From: Octopus vulgaris
Taxonomy: Eukaryota
Direction: 5' to 3'
Assembly (NCBI GenBank): GCA_951406725.2
Contig: OX597814.1
Span: 24,056,001-24,120,000, forward strand
Length of the DNA: 64,000 bases
Position numbers and translations under genes: made by a program. This document shows positions 36,850-51,195 of this stretch, piece after piece. Numbering within the stretch: the first letter of the stretch is position 1; each line of letters begins with the position of its first letter. Under the pieces are notes generated by a model. It was not told the DNA's origin. It made no database searches and saw only the letters and a list, made by a program, of their open reading frames with translations.

Positions 36850-38377
36850 TAATACACAAAGAATTTAAAAATGGGTTACTAATAGCTTCATTCTGTGGAA
36901 ACACAATAATTAAGCAGAATTATATATCATGCCTTGTGTCTTCAAATAATCTTTCAGGTTCAAATACACACAGCTGGTCTTATTTGAAAAACCAAGAAAG
37001 GTTACTGGTCTTTGATAAAAACCATGAGAAAAGGAAAGCAGAAGGTGAATGCAAAATGGTGTGTAAGAAAAAGAAGAATGAGAAACAAAAAGTAAATAGA
37101 AATAGAAAAAGAAACAAAAGAAAGAAAACCAAATTTTCTGTAGCTTTTGTTCTTTGAAATCACTAGTATAGTAGAATAATTCACCAGGCAGAAGGCATGC
37201 TTAATCTTGAGTGTGGTGTCCTCCAGTTTGACAAAAGAAAGTTGTCTATGTGCTTGCATTTGCAGAAAATTTCAGATCTGGAATTAAGCAGTGTGGTGAA
37301 ATTCTTGGACCTAAAATGTATGTGAAATCCTTCAGCTGCACTCTTTTACATACAGTGTGGATTTCTTCATGATGCTCCATTTGATTGAATGCAGTTTGCA
37401 ATTGGTCTTCAGATACCATATATAGCTTTATCTTTGCCCATGTGTTGGCAAGAATACTGAGGGTTTACAATCTTCTTTTAAAATCCTTTTAAAGATAAAG
37501 CCAAAGTTGGCTACCTATATATGATATTTGAAGACTAACTGCACACCGCAAACTGTCAAATGGAGCATTCTGGAGAAACCTTCACCATATATAATTGGAT
37601 CACAGAGATGCAAGCTATGTATAGCCAAAAAGATACCCATTTTTCTGGATCCAGGAATTCAACAACATTACTTAATTCTGGATCTGAAATTTGGAGTAGA
37701 TGCAAGTATATGGACAACTTTCTTTTGTTGAACTAGAAGACACCAGCCTTTCTGGATTAAGCATGCCATCTCACAGACTTTGTTCCCCTCTCTGTTGAAT
37801 CATTCTACACCTGCTATTTCTTTTTTTTTACTACCCACAAGGGGCTAAACACAGAGGGGACAAACAAGGATAGACAAATGGATTAAGTCGAATATATCCA
37901 TCCCAGTGCATAACTGGCACTTATTTAATCGATCCCAAAAGGATAAAAGGCAAAGTTGACCTTGGCAGAATTTGAACTCAGAACGTAGCGGCCGATGAAA
38001 TACCGCAAAGCATTTTGGCCGGCGTGCTAACAATTCTGTCAGCTTGCTGCCCTATCATTCTACACCTGCTATTGCTACACTAATTGTGATTTTGATGACA
38101 AAAAGGAATGCAAATCATGGTTTTCTTTCTTTTGTTTCTTTTTTTGTTTTTATTTACCTTTTGTTTTTTGTTCTACTTTTTCTCATGCCTCCTTTTGCAT
38201 TCACCCTCCCCTTGCAATTCCTCATTTTTGTTGTTTTTTTTGTCAAAGACCATTATCATTTTTTGGTTTTTCCAATATGACTGAAGGATTACCTAGAGAC
38301 ATATGACATGGTATATAAATCTGCTGAATTTTTGTACTTCTACATCATGAAAATATTAGTAGCTAATATTTAAATAC

Positions 38378-38385
<8 letters not shown>
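36850..38385. mobile_element. Old inverted pair of Penelope-like element 3' ends
   Basis: Right arm (+, ~37490-38385) encodes LATYI*YLKTNCTPQTVKWSILEKPSPYIIGSQRCKLCIAKK (PLE C-terminus). Left arm (-, ~36850-37440) encodes YIWYLKTNCKLHSIKWSIMKKS and shares the downstream UTR in inverted orientation. Confidence 0.75.
37819..38053 (-). mobile_element. Family B SINE, 20-bp TSD
   Basis: TSD atcattctacacctgctatt at 37799-37818 and 38054-38073. Confidence 0.93.
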
Positions 38386-38440
<55 letters not shown>

Positions 38441-38759
38441 AGAAATCATTATGTATGACAAGTAAATCAAATTATCACTTGAAAAAATTTCAAGAAATAT
38501 GGAGTATAAGACAAGAGCAAAACTGGAGAAAATCATGTCTTTAATTGCTGGTTACACCATACATAACCAACTATTATTTCAATTGTGCCTGCATATTTCG
38601 ATACAGAAAAAGTATAAAATACCAATCAAATTAATATATCCAAAAATGTATGCTAGTACAACATTATCAAAGCAATCCAGTTACGTGGATAGAAAGTTAT
38701 GTCTCTACAATTACATCTTAGCGATTGGCATTTCTAAATTTTGGTTATTGTTGGGAATT

Positions 38760-40500
38760 TGAGAAGTGATATTATTTAAGCAGCTGCAGCTCATCTTGTT
38801 GCTGAGCCTGTGATCTGTGTTATATGAATAATTTTTATTAATGAGAGAAAAGAAATTGTAGTCTATATTGTTATTTACATTCATTCTATAATAGAATGAT
38901 GATTATTTTTCCCTATTCATCCTACTTTGTAAGGCATTTTATACATAATATTTTTTCTCGATAGCTACATTTTATTAATCTATTATTATAGAAGGCTCTG
39001 GATCAGCTGAATATATCTCTTTTAGAGTATAATTTTGATATTCTTCTTATAGTATTATTTACTGAGGGTTCTGTAATTGATTGTAGAGATGTAGCATTCT
39101 TTTCACATAAAATGTTTCATCTTTGTGTCTTGTAAAGGTGTTGATAGTAGTCTAATGTGCAGGGTAGAAAGATGATGATTACAAGATTAGTGCTGGTGGC
39201 TATTTCTAATTTAAGTTATTTAAATATTCTCATTAGTTCTTTCCTAAACTTGTCATTCTGTAGTCATTTATTTTAGGAAAACTGTCAATACTTCATCCCT
39301 ATTTAATTACGTGCTAAGGGTATAGTTGTATTTTAAGATCTTTGTGAATCTAAGAGACTTTAAGGTCATGAACATCAGTGACATTAACCGTATCTACAGA
39401 AATGTTATCGAAAAGTTCTGGAATTACCTTTTTTGATCTAGATATCATCATAAATCAAGAGTAATTCCTTTATATTGCTGGTACCAATTTTACTAAATGT
39501 AATGTTTGTCTTACAGAATGTTATGGTTTTATAGACAAGGGACAAGTTGATTGATAAAATTGGGTAAATCTACAAAGTACTTTTTTCTGTTGTGCTAATG
39601 TTGTTGATATACTGTGGTAATATTGTGACATTCATTACCTTTTACATTTATGGTGCTAATTCTTTGTAATTTATTTTTGAAGGTGGTTGATTACCCTACA
39701 TCTTGCGTTAAACAAAAAAACGTTGGCTTTAGAGTCCTTTAATGTGTTCTAAGTCTTACACACTGCATGGCATTCTACTCAGCCATATTTTTCACTTGGA
39801 AGCCTAATTTTCTTGGTTAAGAAGTGACTTTTTGTCTGTAGTAAGTTATTTTTAATTCATCATTACAATAGGGTGCAAATCAGGTGAATATATGGTTGCC
39901 AGAGGACAGATTAATTATTCTGATACTTGTTTAGCCTAATGAGAGTTCTTCATACCTTTTTAATGATATGTTGTCGTATATTGAACTTGGAATGGCCATA
40001 AAAATGGTAAATAAAAGCATGTTAAAAGATATTATTGTAAATGATGGGATTTGTCTTTTTATGAGTTTTAGAAATGTAGCCAGATAGGAGTTTGAAGTGT
40101 GTTATGCTATGCAAGTTGAACGTTTGGGTTTATCAACAAATACGCATATGTTGTGAGGTCTCTGTTGGATTTCATTTTCTCATTTGAGATGTTTTGGAAG
40201 CTAATGGTATGGTGTTAAAATATAGACTTTTTTCTTCAAACTGATTAGGTTGGTCTCAAAGGTATCTAATTCTGTTTAGCAGAAGAAATAAATTTGCAAG
40301 TTATGAAAACGAACTTATTTTGTGTAAATTTATCAGTGACATTTTGTCTTATAAAAAATGTTCTATCTCTCTCATTTACTTTATGGTGATTTCAGTTTTT
40401 CTGATGGAGTACTTGACACAGTCCATTTCCAATGATATCAAGGTGTTATTTGTGAAATAAGTGATACTGATGTATTTTCATTTGTGATTGCTATTTGTAG
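38760..40500 (-). mobile_element. Penelope-like element, heavily decayed RT region
   Basis: Minus-strand remnants such as LKDSKAN..FNARCRVIN (cf. LKDHKPNF..CRLINP) and IYDDI*IKKGN (cf. WIKKG..FDVTMG); composition resembles the other PLE relics. Confidence 0.5.
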
Positions 40501-41670
40501 AAAGTGTGTGACTGAGTGAGAGCCAGTATATACCTTTGGGTAAAACGATAGAGATAAACTTACTCAGTACATATAGTAGAATATATTTAAGAAAAAATAA
40601 GTTCAAAAAGAACAATTCAAACTTTTTGAGAGATTAAAAAAAAGAGAAAAAATTATTTCTAATAAAGATTCATCATATTCATAAAAAATAGCCAGAGCAA
40701 GTATTAAGGATATGAAAATAATAGTTGAAAAATTTCGTTATAGGTATAAGTATACCATAAACAAGTATAAAGAAAAGGAGGAAAAAATATGTCGAATCAA
40801 AATTAGATTTAATACAAAATTGGATTCAATACATATACACGTTTCAAAAGACAATACAAATATGCAAGAAGGAAATTATAATCATAGTAATTATAATTAA
40901 ATTTATACATTGTCATTCTCATGAGTGTGAGGAATCTTTGGAAGGACATCAGAAAAGGTTTAATAAAATAAAATAAAATAAGATACAATAAAGGAGAATA
41001 CAGATGGGGTAATAGAGAAAAATCAGATATTTACAAACAAGTTGTAAAAGGGAGAAAATATATAATAGTGAGAGAGACGAAAGAGAAAAAGAAAGATATA
41101 TCAATGTGTATGCAAGTCTATATGTGCAGTAAAATATAATATAAAAATAAAAATTTAACGGATATGTTTAAAGGAATAGTAACAGGTTGAGACAAAGTGT
41201 AATGTAAACAAGGTCACGTGTGTATAGTAGAATATAATGCAACAGTTTTCTAGCAGAAAGAAGCCATCGAGAGTTATACGTATACATATTAAAATTGACA
41301 AACGAAATATATATATATATATATATATAACAAGAGGTTTAAAGCTGATAGGCAAGACTATATTTGATAAAGATACAATATTTAAGTAAAAATGTACATA
41401 GAAGCAGAGAAAAAACAAAAAGTATTTAACAAAGAAAAAGCAACGATCACAGGCAGGACCGGTCAGTGTATCAAGAGAGTTACCTTACTCAAAACCTAGC
41501 CCGGGGTAGAGGTGACAATAAAAAAGAATAAGAACAAAACCGAATACATGAAGGAGAAAATTATCATAAATTTACAAATGATAGAAAAAACGTATACACT
41601 TAACACGTAAGGATATACAGTCATACACACATACAGATACACACACACGTGCATACACTCACACATACAC

Positions 41671-42084
41671 GTGCAAGAGAAAAGAACTAATTGGCAGTAT
41701 GGAGTTCTGTTGCATGACAACAACCGCCCTCATATCATCAATATGTATAAGGAAGCCATTCAAATGCATGGCTGGGAAGTGCTGCCACACCCGCCATACT
41801 CTCCTGATTTGGCACCAATGGATTTCCACCTCTTTCGATCTCTTTCAAATGCTATGCGCAGGGTTTCGTTCAGTACTGGTGAAGAATTGAGAGCTTGGTT
41901 GGATCAATTTTTCGAGTTGAAATCGGGTGGTTTCTACCAACGAGGTATTGAAAATCTTGTTGAACATTGGGAAGTTGTAAATAACAAAGGTGAATACATT
42001 ATTGCTTAATTAGTTGTCATTTTTTATTAAACCTTTTAAAAATTTAAATTTTAAAAAACGGCGGGAACATGGTTGCCAACCCAA
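41671..42084 (+). mobile_element. Mariner (D34D) transposase 3' relic with right TIR
   Basis: ORF 41671-42009 LLHDNNRPH..GWEVLPHPPYSPDLAPMDFHLFRSL has 34 residues between the 2nd and 3rd catalytic Asp; right end ..ggttgccaacccaa followed by TA. Confidence 0.93.
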
Positions 42085-43246
42085 TATATATATATTAATA
42101 TAAATAATTTGGGAAAACAAATTTCCAAATCAATAAGTATTATTTCATGATGTGCAAACTGATACCATGAGTTTACTGTCAGATATACTCATATACTCAT
42201 TAGGTTATTTTTGTATTATCTGAAATAGAATACCCGCATATCGATCAATCCCCCAAAATTGAATGTATATATATATATATATATATACATACATATAACA
42301 ACATGAGCACAAGTGCATAAACATACCCACACAGGCACACATACATACATGCACACACAGAGAAGACATACATACACATATACCTTAGAGTATAATAAAA
42401 ACTAATAAGAAAATGAAAAGAGGTAATCAATACAACTATTTAAAGTTAATGAAAAGAAATTTAGACATATGCTTACAGGAAAAAAACTTTTTCATCTCTT
42501 GAATTTAAGATAGAACCATTCATTTTCATAATTCTATAAGACTCTTCTAGGCATAAAAAGCAAGTTCTATTTCTAATCCTATAAGAAGGGGCAGAAGAAA
42601 CAATATTCCGAGAAATTTATGTTATGTCTTTTAAGTTGCCATAACTTTCTGGATAAAACAGTACTACTTTCTTTCCAAGGATCATTAAAAGATGATTTAT
42701 GATTGTTCAAATGTAATTTAAGAGGAGTCTGTGTGCAACCTATATAATGAAACCAGCGAGATCATGTGTTGTAATAGTAGCTTTTTATACAACATTTTTC
42801 ATTTTACAATTACCTTTAACCTCACATGTGTTAGGGTTTCTACAGTTACAATTGTTACTAAAATTAGACGTACTATTGTTATGTGCATGTGTGTTGATAG
42901 AGGTAGAGTTTGTGTGAGTATGGGAATCGTTGGTAGAAGATACAGAGCTATTTGATTAATTGAGGTTACTATTAGTAGTAGAGGAGTTTAAATTCTTGTA
43001 GTAAAGATTTTGTTTTCTATTGTTAATGGAAGAAATAATCCTAAATAAGTTAGGAGAAACAGAAAAGCAAAATCTAATCATTCTAATAAATTATTTTGCT
43101 ATCACTATTTGTGTATGATAGGACATAATATCTAAGGGATTCATATTTTTCTATAGACCTATTGAGTATCCTTAAGATTGATATTACTATTTATACCTGC
43201 ATATGTATAAAAGGGGAGAGGGACAAAATATATTAGTGTTAGCTTT

Positions 43247-43280
<34 letters not shown>

Positions 43281-43284
<4 letters not shown>

Positions 43285-43533
43285 TCATCATCATCATCAT
43301 CATCGTTTAACGTCCAGTTTCCATGCTAGCATGAGTTGGACGATTTGATTGAGGTTTGGTAAACCACATGGCTGCACCAGACTCCAATCTGATCTGGCAG
43401 AGTTTCTACAGCTGGATGCCCTTCTTAATACCAACCACTCCGAGAGTGTAGTGGGTGCTTTTAAGTGCCACTGGCACAAGGGGCAGTCAGGCGGTACTGG
43501 CAACTGCCATGCTCAAATGGTGCTCTTTATGTG

Positions 43534-43535
<2 letters not shown>
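43281..43535 (-). mobile_element. Family C element (5'-truncated) in (TA)n
   Basis: (CAT)n-cgtttaacgtccagtttccatgctagcatg..ggatgcccttc..; (TA)n on both sides. Confidence 0.85.
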
Positions 43536-43586
<51 letters not shown>

Positions 43587-44304
43587 TGATCTGTTTTGAT
43601 TTTATTAATTCTGTTAAATGTATTACTCTTCTCCTTTGAGTAAATAGGTGGCCTGGACAATAAATTGCTTTAAAATTGTTATTATTTGAAGTGATAATGC
43701 TTATGATGAGCAAGACACACTGAAAGTTCTGAGCTGAAAATTCACAATTCCATGTCTCTATCATTGAGTCATTGTCGTTTTATTATTTTATTAATATTGA
43801 TATTTTCATAGCTTCATATGCATATGTGAATTTCAGTCTGCATATATATATATATTATGAATTTAAATTGATAAATTTCCTTAGTAAATTCCTTAATGCA
43901 TGTCCTTCAGACATATATCATTTTTTTAATTTTCTTTAGGTAATCATTTATTTTACAAATTAGATTTCCAGTTTAATTATTTCATGACTTTCTGAGTGTA
44001 TGTTTTTGATTTGTAAGGGTTGCTATTCATTACAATATTGAAAGCTTTTCAGTATTGCAAATTAGTTTCTTGGAATGGTGACAGGATACATGTTGTAATA
44101 TTTAATCTCTGTTGGGAAATTATGCATCTGCAAGGGTAGTATTCTGAATGATTATTATTATTTTGATGCCAGAAGCACAAGCATGTTCCAGTGAGATTTA
44201 CTAAGGTTGAAGGTAGCACATCTGACTAACAGTCATTCTATTTACACATATTTGATAGACAACTGGTTTGAAACAGGGTTCATTTCTTATAAACAATTGT
44301 TAAT

Positions 44305-44353
<49 letters not shown>

Positions 44354-44681
44354 TAATAATAATAATGTTGTTATTGCTGTTGCTGTGTGTAATACCATCT
44401 TGTCTAGACAGGCTAATAACATTAAGGGTACAGAAGCAGAATGTCAAGATATGCAATTAAATGCTAACAGTTATATGATACTGGAAATATTGCCAAAAGT
44501 TGCCTATTACAAATGGTAGACATGGAATGACATTTTTGTGTAAATGCAATGTGGTTATGGTGATGGTGATGGTGGTGGTTTGGTTCAATGCAGGTTGGTT
44601 AAGGTTATCAATTTATATTACTCAAAAGAAATTTATTAATAGGGAATATTTCTATAGGAAGAAATAACTCTTAGATCTGAC

Positions 44682-44712
<31 letters not shown>

Positions 44713-44733
44713 GTATATCTATCTATCTATCTA

Positions 44734-44862
<129 letters not shown>

Positions 44863-46963
44863 CTGAAAATCTAAATATATTCCCATGCAGGGAATTCACA
44901 TATGCAGGGACAAATATGCAATATATGTGTAGGTGTGTCTGTTTCCATATTCAATTATGCAAAAATTTCTGTCATTCTCAACATGCTTTGCCAGTGGTCA
45001 TTTCAAATCAGTGATAAGTCACTTTAAATTAATTGCATGGGATATTTGCTGCCTTTTTTAATATATTCCATTCCAATTGTTGCTAGATGAATACTCTAAT
45101 CTTAATATATCATGCACTCCTTAATTCTTGCAAAATATGTTTTTTATATATTATGTTTTTATTATGTAATTTATTTTCATGATATAGGATAAAATTGACC
45201 CTATGTAAATGTTGCTATGTGTTTATCAGTTATGTCACTGAATTTACTGTCATCAGCTTTATGACTCATTCTTCACAGTGTTGCATCATGCTATCATCTT
45301 TGGCTATTCATGAATAAATAAACAGCAAATTCTTCCACAGCGTATTAACACAGAACTTGAATAAATCAAATAGACATAAAATGAATGTTTTAAAAATGAT
45401 ATCATAACACATAAATTTTCATGTGTGAAATTACTTGTAAACTTAATTATATTTAGTTGATCTTTATTTGTTGAAATTTGGTAACTTCTGTGTGAAGATA
45501 CATCTTTTCCAATGAAATTTATAATTTAAATTACATTTCTACTTGTATCTGTTTATGTATTATAATCAACCTGTAAAATCGTAATCATAATCAACTTTGT
45601 CTAAAATAATTTGAAGGAGACTGTTTTATTTAATTGTCATAATTTAATAAGTATCAAATGGAAACATGCTTGCTTTATTTCCTATCTAATATAAACAAAT
45701 ATTATTTCATTTAGAATATGTGCTTTCATTTATAATAAATATTACGAAGAAAGTTGTACAACTAATTTGGTACATCTAAGAAAGAAAAATCATGCTAGGA
45801 TTTAGTAGATACTGACAATAGCAATGTATCTTAAAGTGTATATTAATCAATCTCCCTCAGTATGTTATCATTTAGCAGGATTCATAGAAGTTAGGTCTGT
45901 TTTGTAAACTGCAGACATTAATAATACCAAATGAACAATCAAGCTGTTATTAATGGAAAAGTTGTATTAAAGTTTGCTAGTAGGAAACACAAGCAGAAGC
46001 AATATGTTGCATGAAATATTTGAATTTGTCACAAGGTAGAGTTAGATATAAATTCAGCGTTGGATAACAAATAAAAACAGTTCAAGACTAAAGTAATCAA
46101 AATTTTATTGACATAAAGGAAACCACAAGGAAATCTGAGATTGGAGATGACACAAACAAGACAAATAAACACATAAAATACATCAAAATAGAGATTGTAA
46201 TGATAAAAAGGAAATTACATGAAGATGTATGGTAATACAAGTGTGTGTGGGTGTATGTGCACGTGTGTTTGCACATATACATATATTGATCTGCAGGAGT
46301 GACTCAAGGATTTAGATTTTCTTGTTAAGGGCATTAGCTAATATATACATAGATACATCTCTCTCTCTCTCTCTCTCCACACACACACACACATATTCAT
46401 ACATACATGCATGCATACAAACATACATACATACATACATACATACCATTTCTTCTAATATAAAATACCTGTACATCATTTCCAAACCTTCCAATATATA
46501 TATATATATATATATACACATCATCATCATCATCATCATCATCATCGTTTAACATCTGCTTTCTATGCTGGCATGGATGGGACTATATATATATATATAT
46601 ATATATATGGGAATTTATCTGTAAATGTAATACATGACAATTATTCAGTAGCCTTGATGAAACTCCGACTTTCTAACTAGTTAGAAAAATCTTTATTTGA
46701 GGTAAAAGCTGTAATTATACCGAGAAGTAATGTTCATTGCCACCTCAAATGGCCATTATGTTGGAACCGTTGCTACTGCTATTTTAACCCCTGCTTGCAA
46801 TATATATCAAGTAAATATTGCATCAAATAACCAGCTGGAGGAGGTATTTTCCTGGGGTTAAAATTAACAGCAATGTCAGTTCTAATAGAACAGTAACTAT
46901 ACTGAGAAATAATCATTATTTCTCAGTACAATTACTGCTTTTATCTCTCAATGAGATAGTTTG

Positions 46964-47826
46964 CTTGTTGCAAGATCAGTGATTGCGTACCACTTGATTT
47001 CTATATATTGCAAGCTGGAGTGAACTACTGCTATTTCTAGCAGATGAGTATCCACCACCTAGGATGACCACAAAGAGATCAAAACCATATGGTTTGGTGG
47101 TCTCATGGCTAGAAGACGGTAGGGGTTCACTCCTCTGCTTGCACTATATATTGAGTGCAGATTACGTTGAATAACCAGAATAAAAACAGCAATAACATTG
47201 GTCCTTATGGAAAAGCTATTTTTCAGTGGTGATAAGCATTACTAAAATTATTTAATGAATACTTGCTTATTACTGAAGTGTAATAGAAAAGTAAACAAAT
47301 TATTAGTGTATATAAGCTTACTATTTGCCAAATATTACTAGAAGAAAATTGAAATATAATAAAGGAGATATCTTGTTATTTATAAGAGACAGCTTCTTCC
47401 GATCTATACTCTGTAGGAAAAACTTGGCTTAAGTGAAAGTTCTAGAGAATTACAACTTGGTGATAGGAAGATCTGAGAAACAGACAAAATTGAAATGATA
47501 AAAAGAAACAGGTGCATCATGTGAATGTTATCCTAAAATTTAACTAATCTGTAAGTTGAATGAAATAAGATAGACTTAAATTTGTGTCTTAAAACACTAC
47601 AAAACTATGACCAGACACCCACGTGTTTGGTGACATAACTAACAGGAATTACATTTCCTTTTAAGCAAAATAGTAAGCAATGCAGTTATTTTCCTGAGCT
47701 GATCACAAGGAATAAGGTTTTCATTGCATCATATATAGATACTCGTCTGCTAGAAATAGCAGTAGTTCACTCCAGCTTGCAATGTATAGAAATCAAGTGA
47801 CATGCAATTACTGATCTTGCAACAAG
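46964..47826. repeat. 89-bp inverted repeat pair (46964-47052 / 47738-47826)
   Basis: Manual alignment gives 83/89 identity, no indels, all six differences transitions; spacer ~685 bp. Confidence 0.92.
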
Positions 47827-48042
47827 AAGGTGCTTTGATCTTATAGCTGCTGCAACATTTGTTTGTGCTGTTGTTGTGAAATCTTTATAATAAGGTATTT
47901 TCTAGAAAGTTCTCAAGAAAAGTTCTCATCACACTTGTTGTTTATGAAAAGTGTACCATTAACTGCAAAAAGGAAAATGAAGCATTTAGTGCAAAAAGGC
48001 ATTCTCTCAATCTATGTAATAATAAAAAAAAAATTTTTAATG

Positions 48043-48428
48043 CTTACTCTTTTACTTGTTTCAGTCATTTGACTGTGGCCATGCTGGAGCGCCGCCTTTA
48101 GTCAAGCAAATCGACCCCAGGACTTATACTTTGTAAGTCCAGTACTTATTCTATTGGTCTCTTTTGCCGAACCGCTAAGTTACGGGGATGTAAACACACC
48201 CGCATCAGATATCAAGCGATGTTGGGGGGGACAAACACAGACACACACACATATACATATATACGACAAGCTTCTTTCAGTTTCTGTCTACCAAATCCAC
48301 TCACAAGGCTTTGGTTGGCCCGAGGCTATAGTAGAAGACATTTGCCTAAGATGCATTGCAGTGGGACTGAACCCAGAACCATGTGGTCCGTAAGCAAGCT
48401 ACTTACCACATAGCCACTCCTACACCTA
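48043..48428 (-). mobile_element. Family A SINE, full length
   Basis: Collinear with 342-724. Confidence 0.9.
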
Positions 48429-50994
48429 TATGTTTAATGAAACATTTCATAAAAGAAACTGGGAAATTGCAGCAGGCAAGGTGGTGTTGGGTTTTTTTGC
48501 TGAATATCTGTGAGTTTGAACTCTTTCTGAAATTACTGTACTCATTGCAAAATATTGCACATGGTCAAATTGACTTATCTGATAGCAGAGACATTAAACT
48601 GAATGAATGACTGAGTTGAAGCACAAGTTAATTGGAAATTCATAAATTGCTTGGTACTTCAGAGTTTTTAGACGTGAATCCTTTCACATTATTGCATGAA
48701 ATCACACAAATCATGATTTATTTTCATGATGGCAGCAGTATATTTTGCATATTTTATCATCATTACTGTTATTACTAATAACAAAAAAAAAAATCATTTT
48801 TTGCTCTTTCTATAGCTGATAGTTATATGATGTGTGTATAAACAGTTGGAAAATTCCTTTCTTCCATGTAGTTTCTTCAGTGCCATTTTTTTGCAGCAGT
48901 ATCCTCTTTTCTTCATTTCAATGTACCTTATTTTATTTTATCACTTCCATTGTTTTCATTGTTCTTGCTTCAGGGTAAATCTGGCAGCTTTATTACTCTT
49001 GGCAGTGTGATTTCCCTTACAATATTTCAAACTTTTTGCTAAAGAATCTGAATACCTTTTTACAACTACTCAAGCACATTGAAGCCCAAGACAGAATTAT
49101 GGCACATGACTGTACTCCTGTCTGAGTAATGTTATTTTTTTTTCTATGGGTCATTAATAATTTGATTCTTATCCAAGCCAAGTCTATTGGCTTAGTCAAC
49201 TATTTATCTTCAGTAAACATCAGATTATTTCAGTCATTTATTTTAGACTTTTCGACCTCTGTCTTCCGTGACATTTTTATAATTCTAATTTTTTTTTATT
49301 ATTAATATTTTAATACAAGTTCAATTTATATTTAATAATATTTCTGTTTATATTAAGTTTTTAAATGAAATTGTCTCATGAAAGGAGACAAGCATAACAG
49401 GCCAATTGAATAGAGAAATCAATGAACCTGAAAGTGATGCTTGCCAAGTATGGTTTTGTATCCTGGTTTTGTTCTATAACTTTCTATTGGCTAATTATTG
49501 CAGCTCTTAGAGTCTCATTCTTTGTACACAAATCTTTGCAAAAAAAGAAACAAAATATCATTTTATTATTTTTTTGGTATTTCCTAACAAAAACATCTAC
49601 TTCGACATTTATATATAGTTTTATAGCCTTTAACTGTTGGCAAAGTTTTAGATCCTCCTAAAAATAGAAGGATCTCTTTCACCTGACTTTAGATCAAAAT
49701 GTTATCTCTTATTCTATATAGAATATGACTGAATTAGTTGCTTTTAATAAGGGAAATGATATTTCCTTGCTAGCTTCCCATTATTAAATAGAATATAAAC
49801 ATTAAAAAGTTGGACATGTCATCAATAGCTTGCATTTAAATATTTATTTCTAAATATTAATAAAACTGCCAACATGAAAAAAATTTAGTTTTGTTCTTGA
49901 TATTTCCTGTTAATACTTTATACACATACATTTCATCACAAAATGACTATATGAAATTAACTTTTGCAATGTAGATCAAACATAAATGCTATTTTTTAAA
50001 TGAACGTCATTTCACTATTATCAGTGCTTGCTTCTAAGGTAAATTAAATGAATCAACTATTTTAAAAGACTGAACTGTTGTATTTGCAAAAGCAAAGTTT
50101 GAATTGTATAAAAAATTTTATCTGATCTAAAGAAGTTAAACTTGAAGAAATTGTTTTTAAATAATTTAAATTTTGGTGGTGTATACTACGTATATGATGA
50201 GATAGTGTTGTTTAGTCCCAATTAAGTTATGGCTGAGCAAATTTCTAATCAAAATCATTCCAGCCATAACAATCCAGTCTTTTTGTTTTATAAACATGAT
50301 GCAGCTAGGTCTGCATTATCTAAGGTCTTCTTTAATGAAACATGGTTGGGAGTGATTTGAGAGATTTGGTTGCTGTTTCTATGAGGTCTAATAACTTCAG
50401 AAAGGCTTCTTTGTTGGTTCATGCATAATGGAAGCTATAATGGGAACCATAGCCCTAATCAAATTTGAAATAGATTAACAGACAGATGGACTCTACTGAG
50501 AGGATTAACTAAATTTATTTGATAACTATTCCACTCAGCAAAATGAACCAAAGGAATATCGCATAAAGAAATCTGTTCTGAAAAATCAAAGTGAATTTGA
50601 AATCTCGATCCATGGAATTACAAATTCCATGAAATTTGGATTCCTTTACCATTTAGCATTTTACTTCCAATAGCTTCATGGATGAAGAAATTATTGAAAT
50701 TCAGAAGCATTCATATAATTGTTGATGCTAGTATGAGAATGGATTATAGTACCATTATACTGAAATGCATTGTTGTTCACCAAATGCCAGTCTAACTATC
50801 ACTTTATTTCTTATGAGCAAAATGCCCCCTATCCAATGGACGATGCTGAGTTGTCAAACATTTAAACCAAATTTTCTCAAAACAACTTGTCTGATCATCC
50901 CATAGGCCTTCTCTTTGAGAAATACTGATTTAACCTAAATTTGAGACACCAGCAAAAGAAGAAATAAAGATAAACTTTTTCTATTCCAAGAAAA

Positions 50995-51195
50995 ACGATT
51001 TTACAAATGCACGTTCCCACGGCTTTACCGATCGCATTCTCACCTGGAATCGATTTTTGCAATTTTTTCAAGACTTATACACGCCCTGATACCGTCGGTA
51101 TTTACATATCAAATTTGAGCACAAGCGGATGGAGGATGCTTGAGATCCTAGAAGACACACACAGAGACAGACAGAGCGGATTTTATATAATAGAT
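50995..51195 (+). mobile_element. Helentron/DINE-1-like non-autonomous element fragment
   Basis: CpG-rich 200-bp island ending in a (GACA)n microsatellite and TTTTATATAATAGAT, the usual HINE/DINE-type 3' end. Confidence 0.5.
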
